NCBI GenBank assembly: GCA_050575255.1
Contig: JBNZDD010013610.1
Location: 1,410,366 to 1,474,365 of the forward strand
Origin: Harriotta raleighana
Taxonomy: Eukaryota
Direction of reading: 5' to 3'
DNA length: 64,000 nucleotides
The first letter of the stretch is position 1. Each line of letters opens with the position of its first letter. The notes beneath the pieces were generated by a model. The model had not been told where the DNA came from. It did no database searches and worked only from the letters and a program-made list of their open reading frames with translations. Positions 49,210 to 62,480 of the stretch are shown piece by piece. The position numbers and the translations under genes were made by a program.

Positions 49210-50139
49210 AAAGACGGGGAATGGAGATCAGCAGCCTGAGTGAATAAACCACGTGTAACTGAAATTGATCTCTGCTACAAAACATTCTAATAACAAAAAA
49301 AAGATGGCACAAGTGGCAGGCTTTGCAGTATCAGATACCTTTAGCTCTTTCCTATAAACAGGGGGATAGCATCTGTAAGCCACTGTAGTGTTAGACTGGA
49401 GCAGTGTAAGGAAATATAGGCGACAAGGAACTTTGTTGCATTGCAAATTTGACTAGAGCTGTAAACTTGCTGCAAAAAAAACTATTCAGAAGCCCTGGAC
49501 AGATTGCACATAAATACTGCAGAAGCACCTCGAAAGAGAAGAATAGGGCAATGTTCCTGTTACAAACATATCCTGCAGGGGTTGCAGGGGTGGGGTGTGG
49601 GGAGTGGGGTGCGGGGAGTGAGGGGGGGGGCACATGGCCATAACAATTATTTATTTTTATCATTTGCTATATACTGTATCATCTCACAGCACTGAAATTA
49701 AAAGCTTCCGACTTGACACAGTACAATATCTGGAAGCTGAAACAAAGACAACATTAAAAAAAGTCTTGCAAATCCATTCTCAGACGAGAAGTGTTGAAAT
49801 GCTCTAGATAGAAATCACACCAGTTTCACATTAGAGAGTCCTGAAGATAAAAACTGTCAGCAGGAGAACCAACAACATGACTTGTTGACAGTCTGTTAGC
49901 TCCATATTCATTTTTGTTCGTCTGAAGCCAAGACTGTCTGGATGTAGTCCAGCAATCCAGCCTTTGTTTAATCCCCCCACTGTGTCATGTAGATGAAGGA
50001 AATGTTGGGTTCCTGGATCGTAATTCTTTCCAACAATAAACTGGAATCATCCCTCTTTCTGTATAATGTTAAGGAAGTGGTATTTCCATTTGTCTGATTC
50101 AACAAGCTAAGGGCTTCTTGGGTTTGTAGGTACAGTAAA

Positions 50140-50500
50140 TGGGAAGAGAGAACTTTATAGAGGTGCAAAACATTTTAAAAGGGATTGATAAGTAAATCCA
50201 GAACAATACTTTGGGGAGCACCAAGTAGAACAACAGACAGGAGAGGACTCAGATTTAAGATGCAAAGAGCAATTTTGAGACAGACAGCAGGAAGTTTTTT
50301 TTTACCCAGAAAGTAATCAACGACAAGTTGCCAGGAAGGGTGGTGGAGGACATAAATAGTGCATAAATCTGCCAGGACACCGAGTCTTATTAAGAAAGAC
50401 AGTTTAATGCTCTGATGGGCGGACTGCAGGGATCTGGAAGGACGAGATCAGAAGGGCCGAAGAGTCTTCTTCATCCAAACCAATCCTGCGATCTTCTGAC
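50140..50500 (+). mobile_element. CR1-like LINE 3' fragment, old and decayed
   Basis: TTATAGAGGTGCAAAACATTTTAAAAGGGATTGATA (LIEV.KILKG.D-like), TTTTTTACCCAGAAAGTAATC (FFTQ.V), TTGCCAGGAAGGGTGGTGGAGG and a GGGCCGAA 3' UTR motif. Confidence 0.7.
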
Positions 50501-50662
50501 CTATAGACAAAGAAACACGTGTCCATTTGTAGAACTCAATTATGTGGCCAACTTGACTGTTGCCATAGAATTCGTTATTTTAAATGTATTTGGTTATTTG
50601 AAAACTATTTCCTAAGCATAGAGTAAAACATTGAGGAAGATGGAATAATGTGGGATTAGATA

Positions 50663-50735
50663 TAATAACAACAACAAAACTACATTTTGTAGAGCACCTT
50701 TCACCTCAGGAGGATTTCCCAAGCATTGAACACAG
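50663..50735 (-). mobile_element. L2 3'-terminal stub with a (GTT)n tail
   Basis: Reverse complement GCTTGGGAAATCCTCCTGAGGTGAAAGGTGCTCTACAAAATGTAGTTTTGTTGTTG. Confidence 0.75.
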
Positions 50736-50975
50736 TACTGTACTTGGTTCACCAAATGAGGGTTCACTCTTCAGCACTTTATGTGCAGAGCTTCTGACTA
50801 TTGAATGGGGACCCACACCTCACCACAGAGAGCATGAGAATTGCCCAGATTGCTCTCATGGGCTTCCCTTGCTGACAGTTCCTGACTGGCATTATTGGTA
50901 GGCCTGAGGCCAGTATTGTCCACCTCCTATCTCTGATGCGAACAGGACACACCAGAGAAGCAATGGAGTGAGTTG

Positions 50976-51007
50976 CACTCCATATCAAATGCAAGGATTA
51001 TTATTTT
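50976..51007 (+). mobile_element. SINE tail stub
   Basis: CATATCAAATGCAAGGATTATTATT. Confidence 0.65.
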
Positions 51008-53784
51008 GTATACATAATGTTTTGTACATGGCACAGCAAAAACTCACCAAAATCATCTTCTCCTGTGATGTTTTTTACCTTTACGGACTTCATTGTCAGA
51101 ATCAACAAAACAAGAGGCTATTGTAAATTACTGGGGAGGGTTACCTTACAAGCATGAAAGGACCATAACTCTTGAAAAGCAAACTTCCAAGTGAGTAATG
51201 AGGCCCTCCTCTCAAGTGAAATAACCTTGACGGTTCAGTGGCACAGCTGTAGTAAAACTGTTTTCTGCTAAAAGGGCAGTAAGTAGAGGATACTCAATGG
51301 GAATTGATGAGATATGGGTTATATTACACAAACGTGGAAGATCCAATAACTCACAGGCAAGACTGGCACGAGTGAGCTACACGTGACTGTAAACTAGCTT
51401 GTGTTTGGTAATCTCCATCAAATGTTCTGTTTACACGGTGCTTTCCAGAGCATTGCATTATTTCTTTTGCCATTAACAATGGTTTAGAAAATGCTGAATT
51501 CAATTTGTGATTTGCTTTGACAGTCAACAGTATCTGTGGTGTAAAAACGTTTCTCCATCCCATTTTTAAAGAAGACTGTTTTGTTGGCATATACTTCACT
51601 AAGCATATTAGTTTCAGTGTAATTTCGCTCAGTGTGTTACATAAGACTAGCAGGAACAATGCTACCGAAATCTTAGCACCTAGAGAGATTCTTCCTTATC
51701 CCTTAAAATCCTAAAGTCACCTGCATCTTTGTAGTTTCACTAACCTAAAGCCTAAATGCTGTAAGTTGTATCATTTACCTTTTGTGTGAATTGTAAAGAC
51801 GCTTTTGTGCTGCGGATTTATGTCCACCGAGATTCAAACTGCCCAGATTGGTTGCACTGTGGACCACATCATTTGCTGAGTCTCTCCAAATTGTATTGAC
51901 AACCTTGCTTGCTTCAATAGGCCACACGACTAGATTTTTGTGAAAATCATTGTTAAAATAATCAAAGTTCACATGTCACCTTTAAGCAGAATGATCACAG
52001 GCGGCTAGGCTTTCAATTCTAATATAAATCAGCAGCAAAATTTGGTTGGCTATTCAATAATAATACACAGTTAAATCATCAATCCCCAGAGGCCAAAAGG
52101 ACAATATTCTAACCAATTTCCCCTTTTACCATGTCTAGCTTCATCTTTTAATGTAGCTGCTATTAAGAAGATTCCTACATAGAAACAGCACAGACTTAAC
52201 TTTAAAACTGTTGTGTTTTGGTTCCTTAATCACTTAATATTACAGCTCAGAATGGCTTGGTAACACAATGCTTTTATGGACCAGAATCCATGTAATGGGT
52301 CCAAACCCCAACCACTGGTGATATCAATATTGGATTCTTCTTCTTTCCCCATCCTCCCCATACAGCTGTAAAGTTTAAACCTGTCCTGGGCTCAAGCGCA
52401 ATTCAATTGAGGAAACACCAAATAGGAAATCTGGCCTCCATAAACTAGCACATCCAGCATACAATGCACAGAACCAACATTGGAGCAAATACTTACAGTT
52501 AAGTAATTTTATGGCAGGAATTTAATCTCTAGCTCAGTTGACATTTGATTTAATATTCTTAGTTATTGGTTAATATTAATTAATAAGTGTGAGATAATTA
52601 AATTCTATTTTTAAGGTAGATATGCCACAGCTTGAGACTCAAAAACGCACAACTTTTACTCTGCTCATTCGGGTGAGAGATGACAAGACTGAATGTTTTT
52701 GAGTCTTTGCTCCAAGTGCATTCGTTGGGTACTCCTAGTCATGCAAACTGGAACTCGTCCTTACATGTTCTGGAAATGAACAATTGCTTAATACCTTACC
52801 ACAGAGAACAACCATGTTGCACAAGTGTAGCATTTCAATTGCCCATTTGTCTATTCTTACTCAGCTGTGAGTGAGTTTGTTCCATGATGTAAATTGGGAG
52901 CAGTTTGATGTGTTCACAATAAACTAGATTGAGACCTGCTCAAGCTATTTCACTCGGGCGCACTGCATTCTCTAGTAGTGTCCGGGTTTGATTAAATCGT
53001 GGCTGAGCGAGACAGCTCTTGTCCTGCTAGATCATTCTAGGTTCCTTTCAGCACTTTGGCTCATAGGATTAAAAACATCTGTATACTTCCATGTTTCATT
53101 GCTGGTTAGCCATCTCTTAGCATAACTGCCTAAACCTGCCTAGAATCATCGGGCAATGATGATCTAGAGGCAGTTCCACCCCAAGAAGATTGTACTTATC
53201 TTTTATTCTGTCCCTATCGGATATCTTTAAGACCTATACTAATTTTATCATCCGTGAACGAATGAAAAGCACCAAGATTCAAACTCAAAATGTTTCAGTC
53301 TTGAGTCCAGCGCTCAATGGAATGAAGGAGCACGGTTGGATTCAATCAAATCCGATTGACAACCTTGTTGATTTTGATTGGCACGTGACTAGATTTTCTT
53401 GAAAATGATAATTAAGATAATCAAGATTCACACATCACTGTTTAATAATAATGATCAAAGCTTTCAATTCCCATAAAAATCAGGAGTTAGATATTGGGTG
53501 GCTATTCAACCATTAACAATCTGAGGCAAGGTTGCAGAGCATTAATGGTTGTCATATGTGCAACCAATCATTACATGCTATAAATCAGCTGCAAGGATGA
53601 AACAAAAACATTCTGTGATATAATAGTTGTGATGCCATCCCAAATGCTATTATTTATTTACACTATATGTCTCCATTATTTTTATTACCAAGATATGCAA
53701 CGGACCATAGAAAATGATGAAGGTTTCCTTCCCTTAAAAAATAGCACAAGGTACTGACCACAATCAAAGTAAGATTTGAAAGGA

Positions 53785-54187
53785 AATAATAATAATAATG
53801 TTTAAATTTGATGTGTTGCTTTATCACATCATCGAACCATCTCAAAGCACTTGATAGGATTTTATTGTGAAGTGAAGTGTAATGTATTTGTAGCTAATGT
53901 GGCAACCAATTTACACCCAGCAATGTCCCACAAACAACCATGAAGTGAGTGACTGATTTATTTGGGGAGAATTGTTGGCCAGTATACCAGGGGAAACTCC
54001 TTTCTCTTTACAAATATCAGTTTGGGATCTTCAACACTCACCTGAACAGGCAGATGAAAGCTTGGTTTAATGTCTCTGCCATAAAACTACTGTTTAAACA
54101 AATCAGTTGTTCCCAGTCTAGTCAAGACTATGAGTTCAAAGTCCTTGAACCAACAACCTTTTGACTCAGAAACAAGAGCCAGGCTGA
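53785..54187 (-). mobile_element. Deu-domain SINE (family 1), full length
   Basis: (AAT)n tail, CTCAAAGCACTT, GTCCCACAAACA, CCAGGGGAAACTCCTTTC, CACCTGAACAGGCAGAT..GGTTTAATGTCTC, and head ending GAGCCAGGCTGA. Confidence 0.92.
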
Positions 54188-54407
54188 TACCCATTTTGCC
54201 TTTCTTATTTGATCCAAAGGTTTTTCACAAATGGCACCCTAAACAATTGAAGCTACAGCCAGTTTCTATGGAAATATTCAATTAATTCTCACTGCGTTTT
54301 TTTTAAAAAGATTAATTTACACATGACAAGAGTTGCTGATTAACCTGTGATTTTTTTCTGATGAATCCATGAGGTGATAGAAAATAACTCCTCATTGCCT
54401 AACTTGT

Positions 54408-54703
54408 AGGGCAAAAGGTTGGGCAAGTTTCTTTACTCCACACACCTGCTTACCTAGTAGAAGCCTAGTTGTTAATTGATAGGCAGACGCTTTCCGGGTG
54501 TAATAATTCCTTCAAATAAAGTACTAATAATAAATTGTTCACTTCAATCCATAACTGTTTGTGGGACACTGCTGTGTGCAAATGACTGCTATGTTCCACC
54601 CACAAAATATATTGTGAAGTTCTTTGATATGTCTATTGATACATCTATCAAAGATGTGATAAGGCACTATATTAAATGGAAGGATTATTATTATATTATT
54701 GTT
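54408..54703 (+). mobile_element. SINE family 2, head-truncated
   Basis: GGGCAAGTTTCTTTACTCCACACACCTGCTTACCTAG..GATAGGCAGACGCTTTCC..CTGTTTGTGGGACACTGCTGTGTGCA..GATGTGATAAGGCACTATATTAAATGGAAGGATTATT. Confidence 0.9.
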
Positions 54704-54794
54704 GTAGATTGAGCTTTTAAAATAACCCAGTTGGGAAATCTAGTCATTGTCATGGATCTCTGGTATTATGGGTTTACTTTGTTCCCCTTGTAAT

Positions 54795-54846
54795 TATATC
54801 AAATGCGCTATATCAAATGCAAGGATTATTATTATATTATTATTAT
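54795..54846 (+). mobile_element. SINE tail stub with a tandem duplication of TATATCAAATGC
   Basis: TATATCAAATGC-GC-TATATCAAATGCAAGGATTATTATT. Confidence 0.7.
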
Positions 54847-56299
54847 CCAACACCAAACAAAGTCAGTATGTCTCTCCCTGTCTCTCTGGTCTTCTGTAGT
54901 TCAGAAAAACCTCTGCTGAACTTTTGGTGTCCATGTAACCCTTACACAAACACATGGAATTGCAAGATAGACAAGCAAACTGGCAATTTCAATCGTTCCA
55001 AGATGGACTAAGATTCTACATCCAATAGCCAGTGTGGGAACTCAACGTAACTTTGGCAGGTGGCTTAAGCCACAAGCAGCCCAATGGGTCTGAACTTGGC
55101 ATCATCTGGTCCGCAAGCAGCCATTGTGCAGCTTGCACTTCCAGGCCACATTGCGAGTAATTCGTTTTAAGCTATAATCTATTTTGACATTTAAATTGCT
55201 ATCAAAGCCATTAAGAGATATCACGAGTTAAGCTCATTCTGCAGTAGCACCAGATTTCACTGCAGGTTTTTTTTTAAGAATACAAATTTTTTTCGCCCAA
55301 ACAACTCATTTTAAAATCCATTCTCTCGTATTGTTATGAAAAACGATAGCAAATGTAAGTTATTTGGTGAAATGTGTGCATTTAATGGAAGATATCTGCA
55401 GCGACAAAAGTTCTTGTTCTAATCATTTTGAGGAACCTGCTTTTAATTCCACTTTTATTTTCTTTGTGAATTATTATTTTTTAAAAATCCAATTTATTTA
55501 ATTTTTCTCCTGAATTGCGTTCAGTGAATACTCAGTGATAGAATATGACAAAAGTACAGTTCTCAATTGATTCAGCACAATTGTGATAGAGTAATGAAAT
55601 CTAAGATTTGGGTTTAGTCCACTTGGGAGGCAAATTTTTCAAAAGAGAATCTTAACAATATCTTTGCGCAATGTTTAAACCTTAGCTGAATATGATGGTG
55701 AAGATTTCTTATTCATTTTAAAGTATAGAGGCAAAAATATTAAGAAGGGAAATATTTTAGTAAGTACATAGCCTGCAATTGCTGGAGCTGGAAATTTGGG
55801 ATTCGGGACAGACATCAGGCGACTTTGAAACACTTATTTTTGTAAAATGGTTAAAACCATTCTGTGCACACTCTGGTGTTTTCACAATACTTATTTTAAC
55901 AGCTAAAGTGTGCCGACAGACGGATTTGGACAAAAATACTCAAACATGGGATGTGAGAACCCGTGAGTTGGACATTGCTTTAGATTTCTATAATTTATTT
56001 CTTAAATTAAAGCAAGGTAATTTCATTTCGCTGTTGCAAATATTTTGCCAGTTTAGAAATATATTGCTGCAGGCTTACAACACAACCATTTTTCAACTGC
56101 CTCATAACACAGATTTCTTTCCACAAGGCCGTCATTTTGTTGATGTATTACCTCAAGGAAAATGTAAGCATATTCCATGCCGTTATTACACCCATGAATA
56201 AAACCAAACAACTCTTTCTTTCTTTTTTTTTTTATCTCCCTCCCTCTCTCGCTTTCTCTCTGTCTCTCTCACATTTCCCATTATCGACTGCTGTCTCCC

Positions 56300-56650
56300 T
56301 TGCATGCCTACCATCTTGTCTCATTCAGCAGGATTTGCAGGGAAAATGTCTGCTACGCAGTCAGGCACTGATTTTACCAATCATTGCTAAATAGAACTGC
56401 CGTCACACAAGCTCAGCAAATGATGAGCATGCCCTGCATTCTAAATGTCGCTGGTCTTCATAGCAGCTCTGCAGAAACCCTCACAAAAATGGCAGCTCGC
56501 AACAAGCAAAGTCAGTCATTCTTTGAGGGGCTGATGACCTTTATGTGCAAGATAGCAGTGTCAGCCTGGAATCATAATAAACAATCCGTAACACAGAAAA
56601 TAGATGGTTTGCTTTTGAGATGCAAACCAATGAAGCCGCCATAAAAAAAA
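56300..56650. promoter_or_regulatory. candidate enhancer / conserved non-coding element
   Basis: Unique block with TGACCT, TGTCA, AACAAT and CCATAAAA motifs. Conservation not tested. Confidence 0.3.
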
Positions 56651-57387
56651 TTGTCCCGCCAACAATAACATTAGAATTTCTCCCCTTTTATTATTGCGAT
56701 TTGAATCTATTTTTACATTTTGTACAGTGAATAGGTATAGATATATAATAAATAAATGGAGGACTTTTAAATGAGTTCACACAAGTTGAGCACAGGCTCC
56801 CATCAAATTAATTAAATAAATTTGAATGATTCAATATTGTTGTGAGTGAAACTTTCACAAGCAAAGGTTTTTGCTTTGAACGTTTACCAAGATGAAAGCT
56901 TTGTTTTAATTCCCATCTGAATACCTTCTTAAACCTTTACCCGGGTCATTATAGTGATAGTCAAGTCGCATGATTGACATGATATATTCATTTGCTCAGT
57001 GGATTATCACAACCGACATTACAGGAGGAAGTGGGGAACTACTTTCATTTCAATAAGAGAGGTGAAACTGATCAGATATGTTTTAAAACTGATATTCTAC
57101 ACACTACAAAACTATAAAGGATAATGCTAATTATTATGCCAGGGCTTTGCACCACAATTTGAATCTCAGTCCTAATTGACATTTGCCCATGGACATTCCC
57201 AAAGAGGAAATATAAGTGCCCTTGAATCAACTTGCCTTTGAGAGGGTAGATAAACTGTTGGTATGGCTCCCTTCTTCACATGCTGATTAAGTGCACTGCC
57301 TGCCAGTTCAACAGATGAGTGGCATTGGTGGCAGCCATAATAAATCTTCAAGACTCACTATCCTGTCTTCCTAACTGAGGACAGTGT

Positions 57388-57540
57388 GGAGGATATTAGC
57401 TTTCAAGAGGGAACTAGATAGATATCTGAAATTTGCAGGAGTGATTTGCAGGGTTATGGGGAAAAGGCAGGTGAAACAGGACTGAATGGATTGCTCTTTC
57501 ACAGAGCCGGCACAAACACGGTGGGCCAAGGAGCCTTCAA
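57388..57540 (+). mobile_element. CR1 LINE 3' fragment
   Basis: TTCAAGAGGGAACTAGATAGATATCTG..TTGCAGGGTTATGGGGA..AGAGCCGGCACA..GGGCC aligns by eye with 7300-7430. Confidence 0.85.
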
Positions 57541-57689
57541 ATGGAGGATCTGTGGTGCGCTGTGAAATGGACAAAGCAAGCGTGTGTGTGTATAAAACAA
57601 AATGAAGTGAGGAAAGAACAGGAACAGTGGCAGAGGTGATGAGAGCTGCTAATCCCTTACAGTCTATGGTGCATACTATGTAAATAGCA

Positions 57690-58047
57690 TGATGATAATA
57701 ATCCTTACATTTGATATTGCACCTTATCATGTCTCAAAGTGCTTCACAGAATATACTGTTAAGTGAATTGATTCTGTGTTTTATGGGTGAAATTGGGCAG
57801 TCAATTAAGCATGGCACAGTCATGAATTGAGTGAACAAATTATTATCATTACTATTATTTTTAAAGCGAGTGTAACCCTCAGAAAAGCGATCTGCCAATC
57901 GATTAACAGACGGTTTCCTACTTACTGCTAGGTAAATAGGCATGTGGAGCAGGGGAACTTGTGTTAGGTTTTTGTTCTGCCTGAGAATCGAATCCAAGTC
58001 CTCTTGCTTGAGAGGCGAGGGCTCTAACCAGTACACAACAGGACTCC
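57690..58047 (-). mobile_element. tRNA-derived SINE family 2, full length
   Basis: Reverse complement: GGAGTCCTG..TGGTTAGAGC (A box)..GGATTCGATTC (B box)..CAAGTT..CTCCACATGCCTATTTACCTAGCAGTAAGTAGG..CGATTGGCAGATCGCTTTTCTG, then the shared 3' half and GGATTATTAT tail. Confidence 0.93.
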
Positions 58048-59114
58048 ACATGTGAGTTTTCTACATCCATTTCATCTTCTGTGCAAAAAACCACTGCAGT
58101 TCTGGGTGAAACAGTGGGAGCAATTGCAGGACAGCCTTTGAGAGTGAGGCAGGACAATATCAAACTACTAAAGATTGCAATATCAAGATAACATTAAAGA
58201 GGCCAAAGGTCATGTTTTGGAGCAACTCTCCATTTTGATGGTTAAGAGAATATTACTTCATTTGATCAGAAAGTGGCAGATCATAAAGAATTTATGGTTT
58301 AGTGGCTCAGAGCGCTGATATCTGCCACCCCACCACCCCCACCAACTCCCACCCTCCTCTCTCCCTTCCCCCACCTTTCAAGAAAAAAATCTAAAAATAA
58401 ATGAACGCTGTTTTTCATTTAGGGAGCTCTAGAAGGGCAGTAATTAAGAAATGGCATTTATTTGATTTCAGAGGAGAGTTATTTTGTATAGAGCCAGGTT
58501 AAAATGCTCCTTTAATGACAGTTCCCATTATGACAGTTCTATGGAGCATAAAGACCATTTGTGTCATAAAAAATTTACATTTAATTCCATGAAAGCTTGT
58601 GCCAGTGTTCCGTGTGACATAGAAAGCCGTTTACGACATAAACAAGTAGCACAAGGCAATAATGCAATAATGTACTTTAAGTTTTTTTTAGAAAAAATTG
58701 TGAAAATAATACTTTAGCCTGAAATTTATTGAAACACAAATGAAGTTGCCATGGAGGTACTGTATAACAAAGACATTAAATCACGAGCTGATCACAGCAG
58801 TCAGCAGACATTCACTCCTGTTTAATACTCTGCTGCAAGAATAACCCTGGTTAAGGCCCGTGCATATGCTTGTATTCGTTTTAGTTTATTTTACTTCCGT
58901 TATGCTGCATGTCCCAGAGTATGGTTGAAAGGTAGGGATTGCTGGAAAATTTCCATCTGGTGCTTCTACCGAGAAACACACCAGTGATGTGTTGGTGCTT
59001 ATTAAATCTGCTCTCACTGAAGCAGGAGATGCTGTTCATTCTGAAAATGAATAATAAGTGCATGCTGGCAATTCCATTCGCCTTTTGTGGAGAATACTGG
59101 GCATTTTTATTGCT

Positions 59115-59183
59115 ATAGCAGTGTGTTGGGATGTCCTCCTGACGTGAAACGCGCTCTATGTAATTTTGTTGTTGTTGTTGTTG
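59115..59183 (+). mobile_element. L2 3'-terminal stub with a (GTT)n tail
   Basis: TTGGGATGTCCTCCTGACGTGAAACGCGCTCTATGTAATTTT(GTT)5. Confidence 0.75.
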
Positions 59184-59619
59184 TGTTCCGATGGGCACCA
59201 CTCAGCCCTTCATCTCTGCGTAACAAACTGAACGGGCACAACTCAGTCTACACTGAGGCTTATATTTGCGGACCTCTTTGTCTGCACAACAGTAAGTAAA
59301 TGAGTCTTTTGTTTCTCTCCAGTCCACAAGTGTTACCCTGTCTTTGTGTATCTGGGTATTTTCCTCCATAACACCCTTATTTAGCTTTCGTCTGTGGCAA
59401 GGAATTAGTTGTGTTCCTTGTCAAACGATTCTCCAACTGAATTGATCATGACTTTTCGGTGGGACTTAACCTTGCCCACAATCACCTTCCCACAAAAACA
59501 GTCACCACACTTGACAATAAGTAAAGCCCTTTGACACATTTGAACACAATTGAGGCACTGCAAAAATTGCAAGTAGGATTGCAACTGCACATTCGTTTGA
59601 GTGCTGGGAATTATTATCT

Positions 59620-59937
59620 AAAGAATTGACTGTTTTTGCAGGCAATACACAACAGCAATTTCTCCAGACAGGTCCTACAAAAGGTCAGGATGTTAAAGAT
59701 TAATCAGGGGGACTTTCAGTCAGGACCCCAATACAAACTCCTCTTTCTCCTTTCAAATCCAGCTATGGGATCTTTATCTGAACAGGCAATCGGGACCTTA
59801 GTTTAACATCTTATCTGAAATACAGCAAGTTTGATAACTCAGCGCTATCCCCAGCAATGCTCAAGTCCCGATGTGAGGCTTGAACCTGCATCCTTCAGGC
59901 CAAGAAACCAGAGTGCTACCAATTGATCCAGGCTAAC
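59620..59937 (-). mobile_element. Deu-domain SINE (family 1)
   Basis: ATGGGATCTTT..CTGAACAGGCA..GACCTTAGTTTAACATCTTATCTGAAA..CTTGAACC..GAGTGCTACCAATTGATCCAGGCTAAC. Confidence 0.82.
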
Positions 59938-59963
59938 GCTTGTAGCCTGACAACTCAGAGGAC

Positions 59964-60192
59964 GGAGAATATGTTTATCCACATAGAGGGTTGTTAGGAC
60001 TTGAAACACCTGACTAAACACTATGGTTGAAGCAAAATCCATACTAGTTTTTGAAAGGGAATTAGACAAATGTCTGAAATAGAAAAAACATTAAGGGGTG
60101 AGAAGTGGAGAGCTCCTTCAGAGAACCAGCCTGGGCGCAATGGGCCGAATGGCCTCCTTCTGTGCAAAGGAGTTCTACAATGTGATTCTATG
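59964..60192 (+). mobile_element. CR1 LINE 3' fragment
   Basis: AGAGGGTTGTTAGGAC..AGGGAATTAGACAAAT..ATGGGCCGAATGGCCTCCTTCTGTGC (identical to ~7421-7445), ending GATTCTATG. Confidence 0.88.
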
Positions 60193-60889
60193 GCTACTCT
60201 CGAGGATGGGTGAGAACACAGCTCGAGAGTGATGATGAAAAAGAAGAGGCAGATAATCCGCTCACCCTCTCGAATGGAGGATAGATTGCAGCGTTAAAGA
60301 GAGGGGAACAATAATTTTTTCATATATATTTTAAAAAGACGCAACCAAAAGGCACTGCTCAATCTTCATTACGATGCAGAAATTGCCAGTTACAGATTGC
60401 AACAATTAAACCAACGCTTATTTCTCAAAGCAGGAAGGCAAGAGGTGATGCCACCTGTGTGTGTTGTTTAATCACTTTGCAGCTGAATTTGTAAGAACTT
60501 CATTCTTTTAATACTGCGCTCTCTGTAAAGTGAATCCCCAAGCTAAGTGATTAACAGTAGACTTCGTATATATGGCAACTAATTGGTCCCATATGAGAGT
60601 GTGTAGTGGCAGGTAAAGAATGCAGCTGAACTACCTCACTGCACCACTGTGGTAAAATCCTTCCTTTAACTTTTTATTGAGTCAGCAACCCTCATGGAAA
60701 ATTAGCAAGAAAAAAACGTTCACTTTACGGAACTGGAGCTGCTCTTCTTCACCTGCTGGAGCAGAAACTGTCTCCCGTTCTTCTGCTCTGCAGGTTTCTG
60801 ATTATCAATTGAAAGGCCGCAAGCAAATACTGGTTGGAATGCTTGTACATCTGTAGGAGTTTTCACCCTTGTAAGACTTTGAATGAAAT

Positions 60890-61117
60890 GATTGCTTTTC
60901 CCAGGTTAATAATCTCCCTAAAATATATATTTATAAATGAATAATTTGGTCACTCAATCCACGACTGTTGGGATACTGCTGCACACAATTGGCTGTCTGC
61001 ATTTTGCCCACAAAATATGCTGTCAATTCACTTTACATTATATTCTATGAAGCACTTTGAGACATCTCAAAGACATGATAAGATGCTCTATCAAATGCAA
61101 GGATTATTATTATTATT
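60890..61117 (+). mobile_element. SINE family 2, 3' portion
   Basis: GATTGCTTTTCC..CAATCCACGACTGTT..AATTGGCTG..GAAGCACTTTGAGACATC..TATCAAATGCAAGG(ATT)5. Confidence 0.9.
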
Positions 61118-61843
61118 GGCAAAGTAGCTGTAGTTAGTCAATGTGCAAAACCCATAATTTTGCATCTAAATTCTTCTACTTAACATTTGAAATGTTTCTG
61201 GCTCTGGTTCTGCATTGGATTACCTCCTCAGCTGTGTGGCTGATTAAAGAGTTCGCTATGAGGGGAGCAGTGAAACTGTAAAAGCCAGGGAGACACACCG
61301 CACATCAACATCAGCCGAATTGGAGAGATTGTTGCATAGAATCACTGAAATTTCATTGTATTTCATTGCAAAAGGGGGCCATTTGGCCCATTGCGTCACG
61401 CAAACCCTCCACTCCCTCACTCCAGTTCTGCACCTTTGGAAACAAGTATTAAGTATTACTTGTACACCTTTACATCCATCCTATATGACGCAGTCAGATG
61501 TGTAGTATTGATGCACAGCAAGGCCATAGACAGTGGAATCCACGGCAATGATAAATAACTCTCTTCAGAAGTAGAAGTCAGAGTCACTATTAACCACACC
61601 ATCTGTGCCTCTATATTTGGAACCAATTCATTGTTTTCTTTGTTCTGCTGTACTTAAATGCCTAGTTTTTATTTGTTATGATTTCAGTTAAGTTGTGCAT
61701 CAAAGCACAACAGCTCCTCACATAAACAAATTCACAGGCTCTGGGATTTTTTTTCTAAATAAAAAAATTATCGGAACAATTTTCAGTGGATGGCTTTATT
61801 TCCATAATGTTAAAAATATCTCAATTCATTAAACTTTTTTTCT

Positions 61844-61877
61844 GTGAGTGTGTATGTGTGCGTGCGTGCGTGCGTGT
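61844..61877. repeat. (GT)n/(GTGC)n microsatellite
   Basis: Direct inspection. Confidence 0.85.
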
Positions 61878-62074
61878 ACAACTCTATATTCCGAATCCTT
61901 TGTATTTTATTGATGCCTTGTAGGATCCTATGCTAAGATTAAGATGTTAATAAAGTGTTAGCTGATTTATTAAACACTTACATCCTATTTCTGAAATCTC
62001 ATCTTGGGAGTTATGAAATGTTGACTGCATCAGTAATCTAGAATTCATTTTCTTTGTGGCTTGTTTTCTTTTAT

Positions 62075-62480
62075 ATTCTCATTAAGGTGAGTTTTTATTA
62101 GCCGCTACTGTCACAGAGCAGATCCGTGCATATTTCTTTCATTAATCTGTCGGCTGAATCACAAAGACATCACCCTGCTCTCATGTATCATGCAACAATT
62201 ATCTGCATCTCGGCTGTCAGACGACTATGGCAGCCATGCTGAGCAAAGCAGTGCTTCACATCTCTTCCCCTGAAACAATTTCAGGGTGAAACAAATGCTT
62301 CAGGGCAGGCATGCCTATTCAACTGTAATGCATTTCCAACTGCAATTACCCTCATAGTCTGTCATGAAGCCAATTTCCTTCACAAGGTGCAAACGGGACA
62401 TCTGTTAATGGCACAAAAGAGGAAGACGCCAGCCAGGCAGGAGCTCGACGGAAAAGGCCAGCGATAAACTTTCGTCTCAA
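62075..62480. promoter_or_regulatory. candidate enhancer / conserved non-coding element
   Basis: Three CTGTCA (MEIS/TALE), two AACAAT (SOX), TTTTATTA and CATTAATCT, with CpGs retained. Conservation not tested. Confidence 0.35.

Noticed and set aside
55779-56201. Other 100-147 aa ORFs (e.g. 55779-56201, 46115-46558, 5164-5586)
   Set aside because: No domain motifs or coherent splice structure, several overlap SINEs, and the lengths are within chance for six frames of 64 kb.
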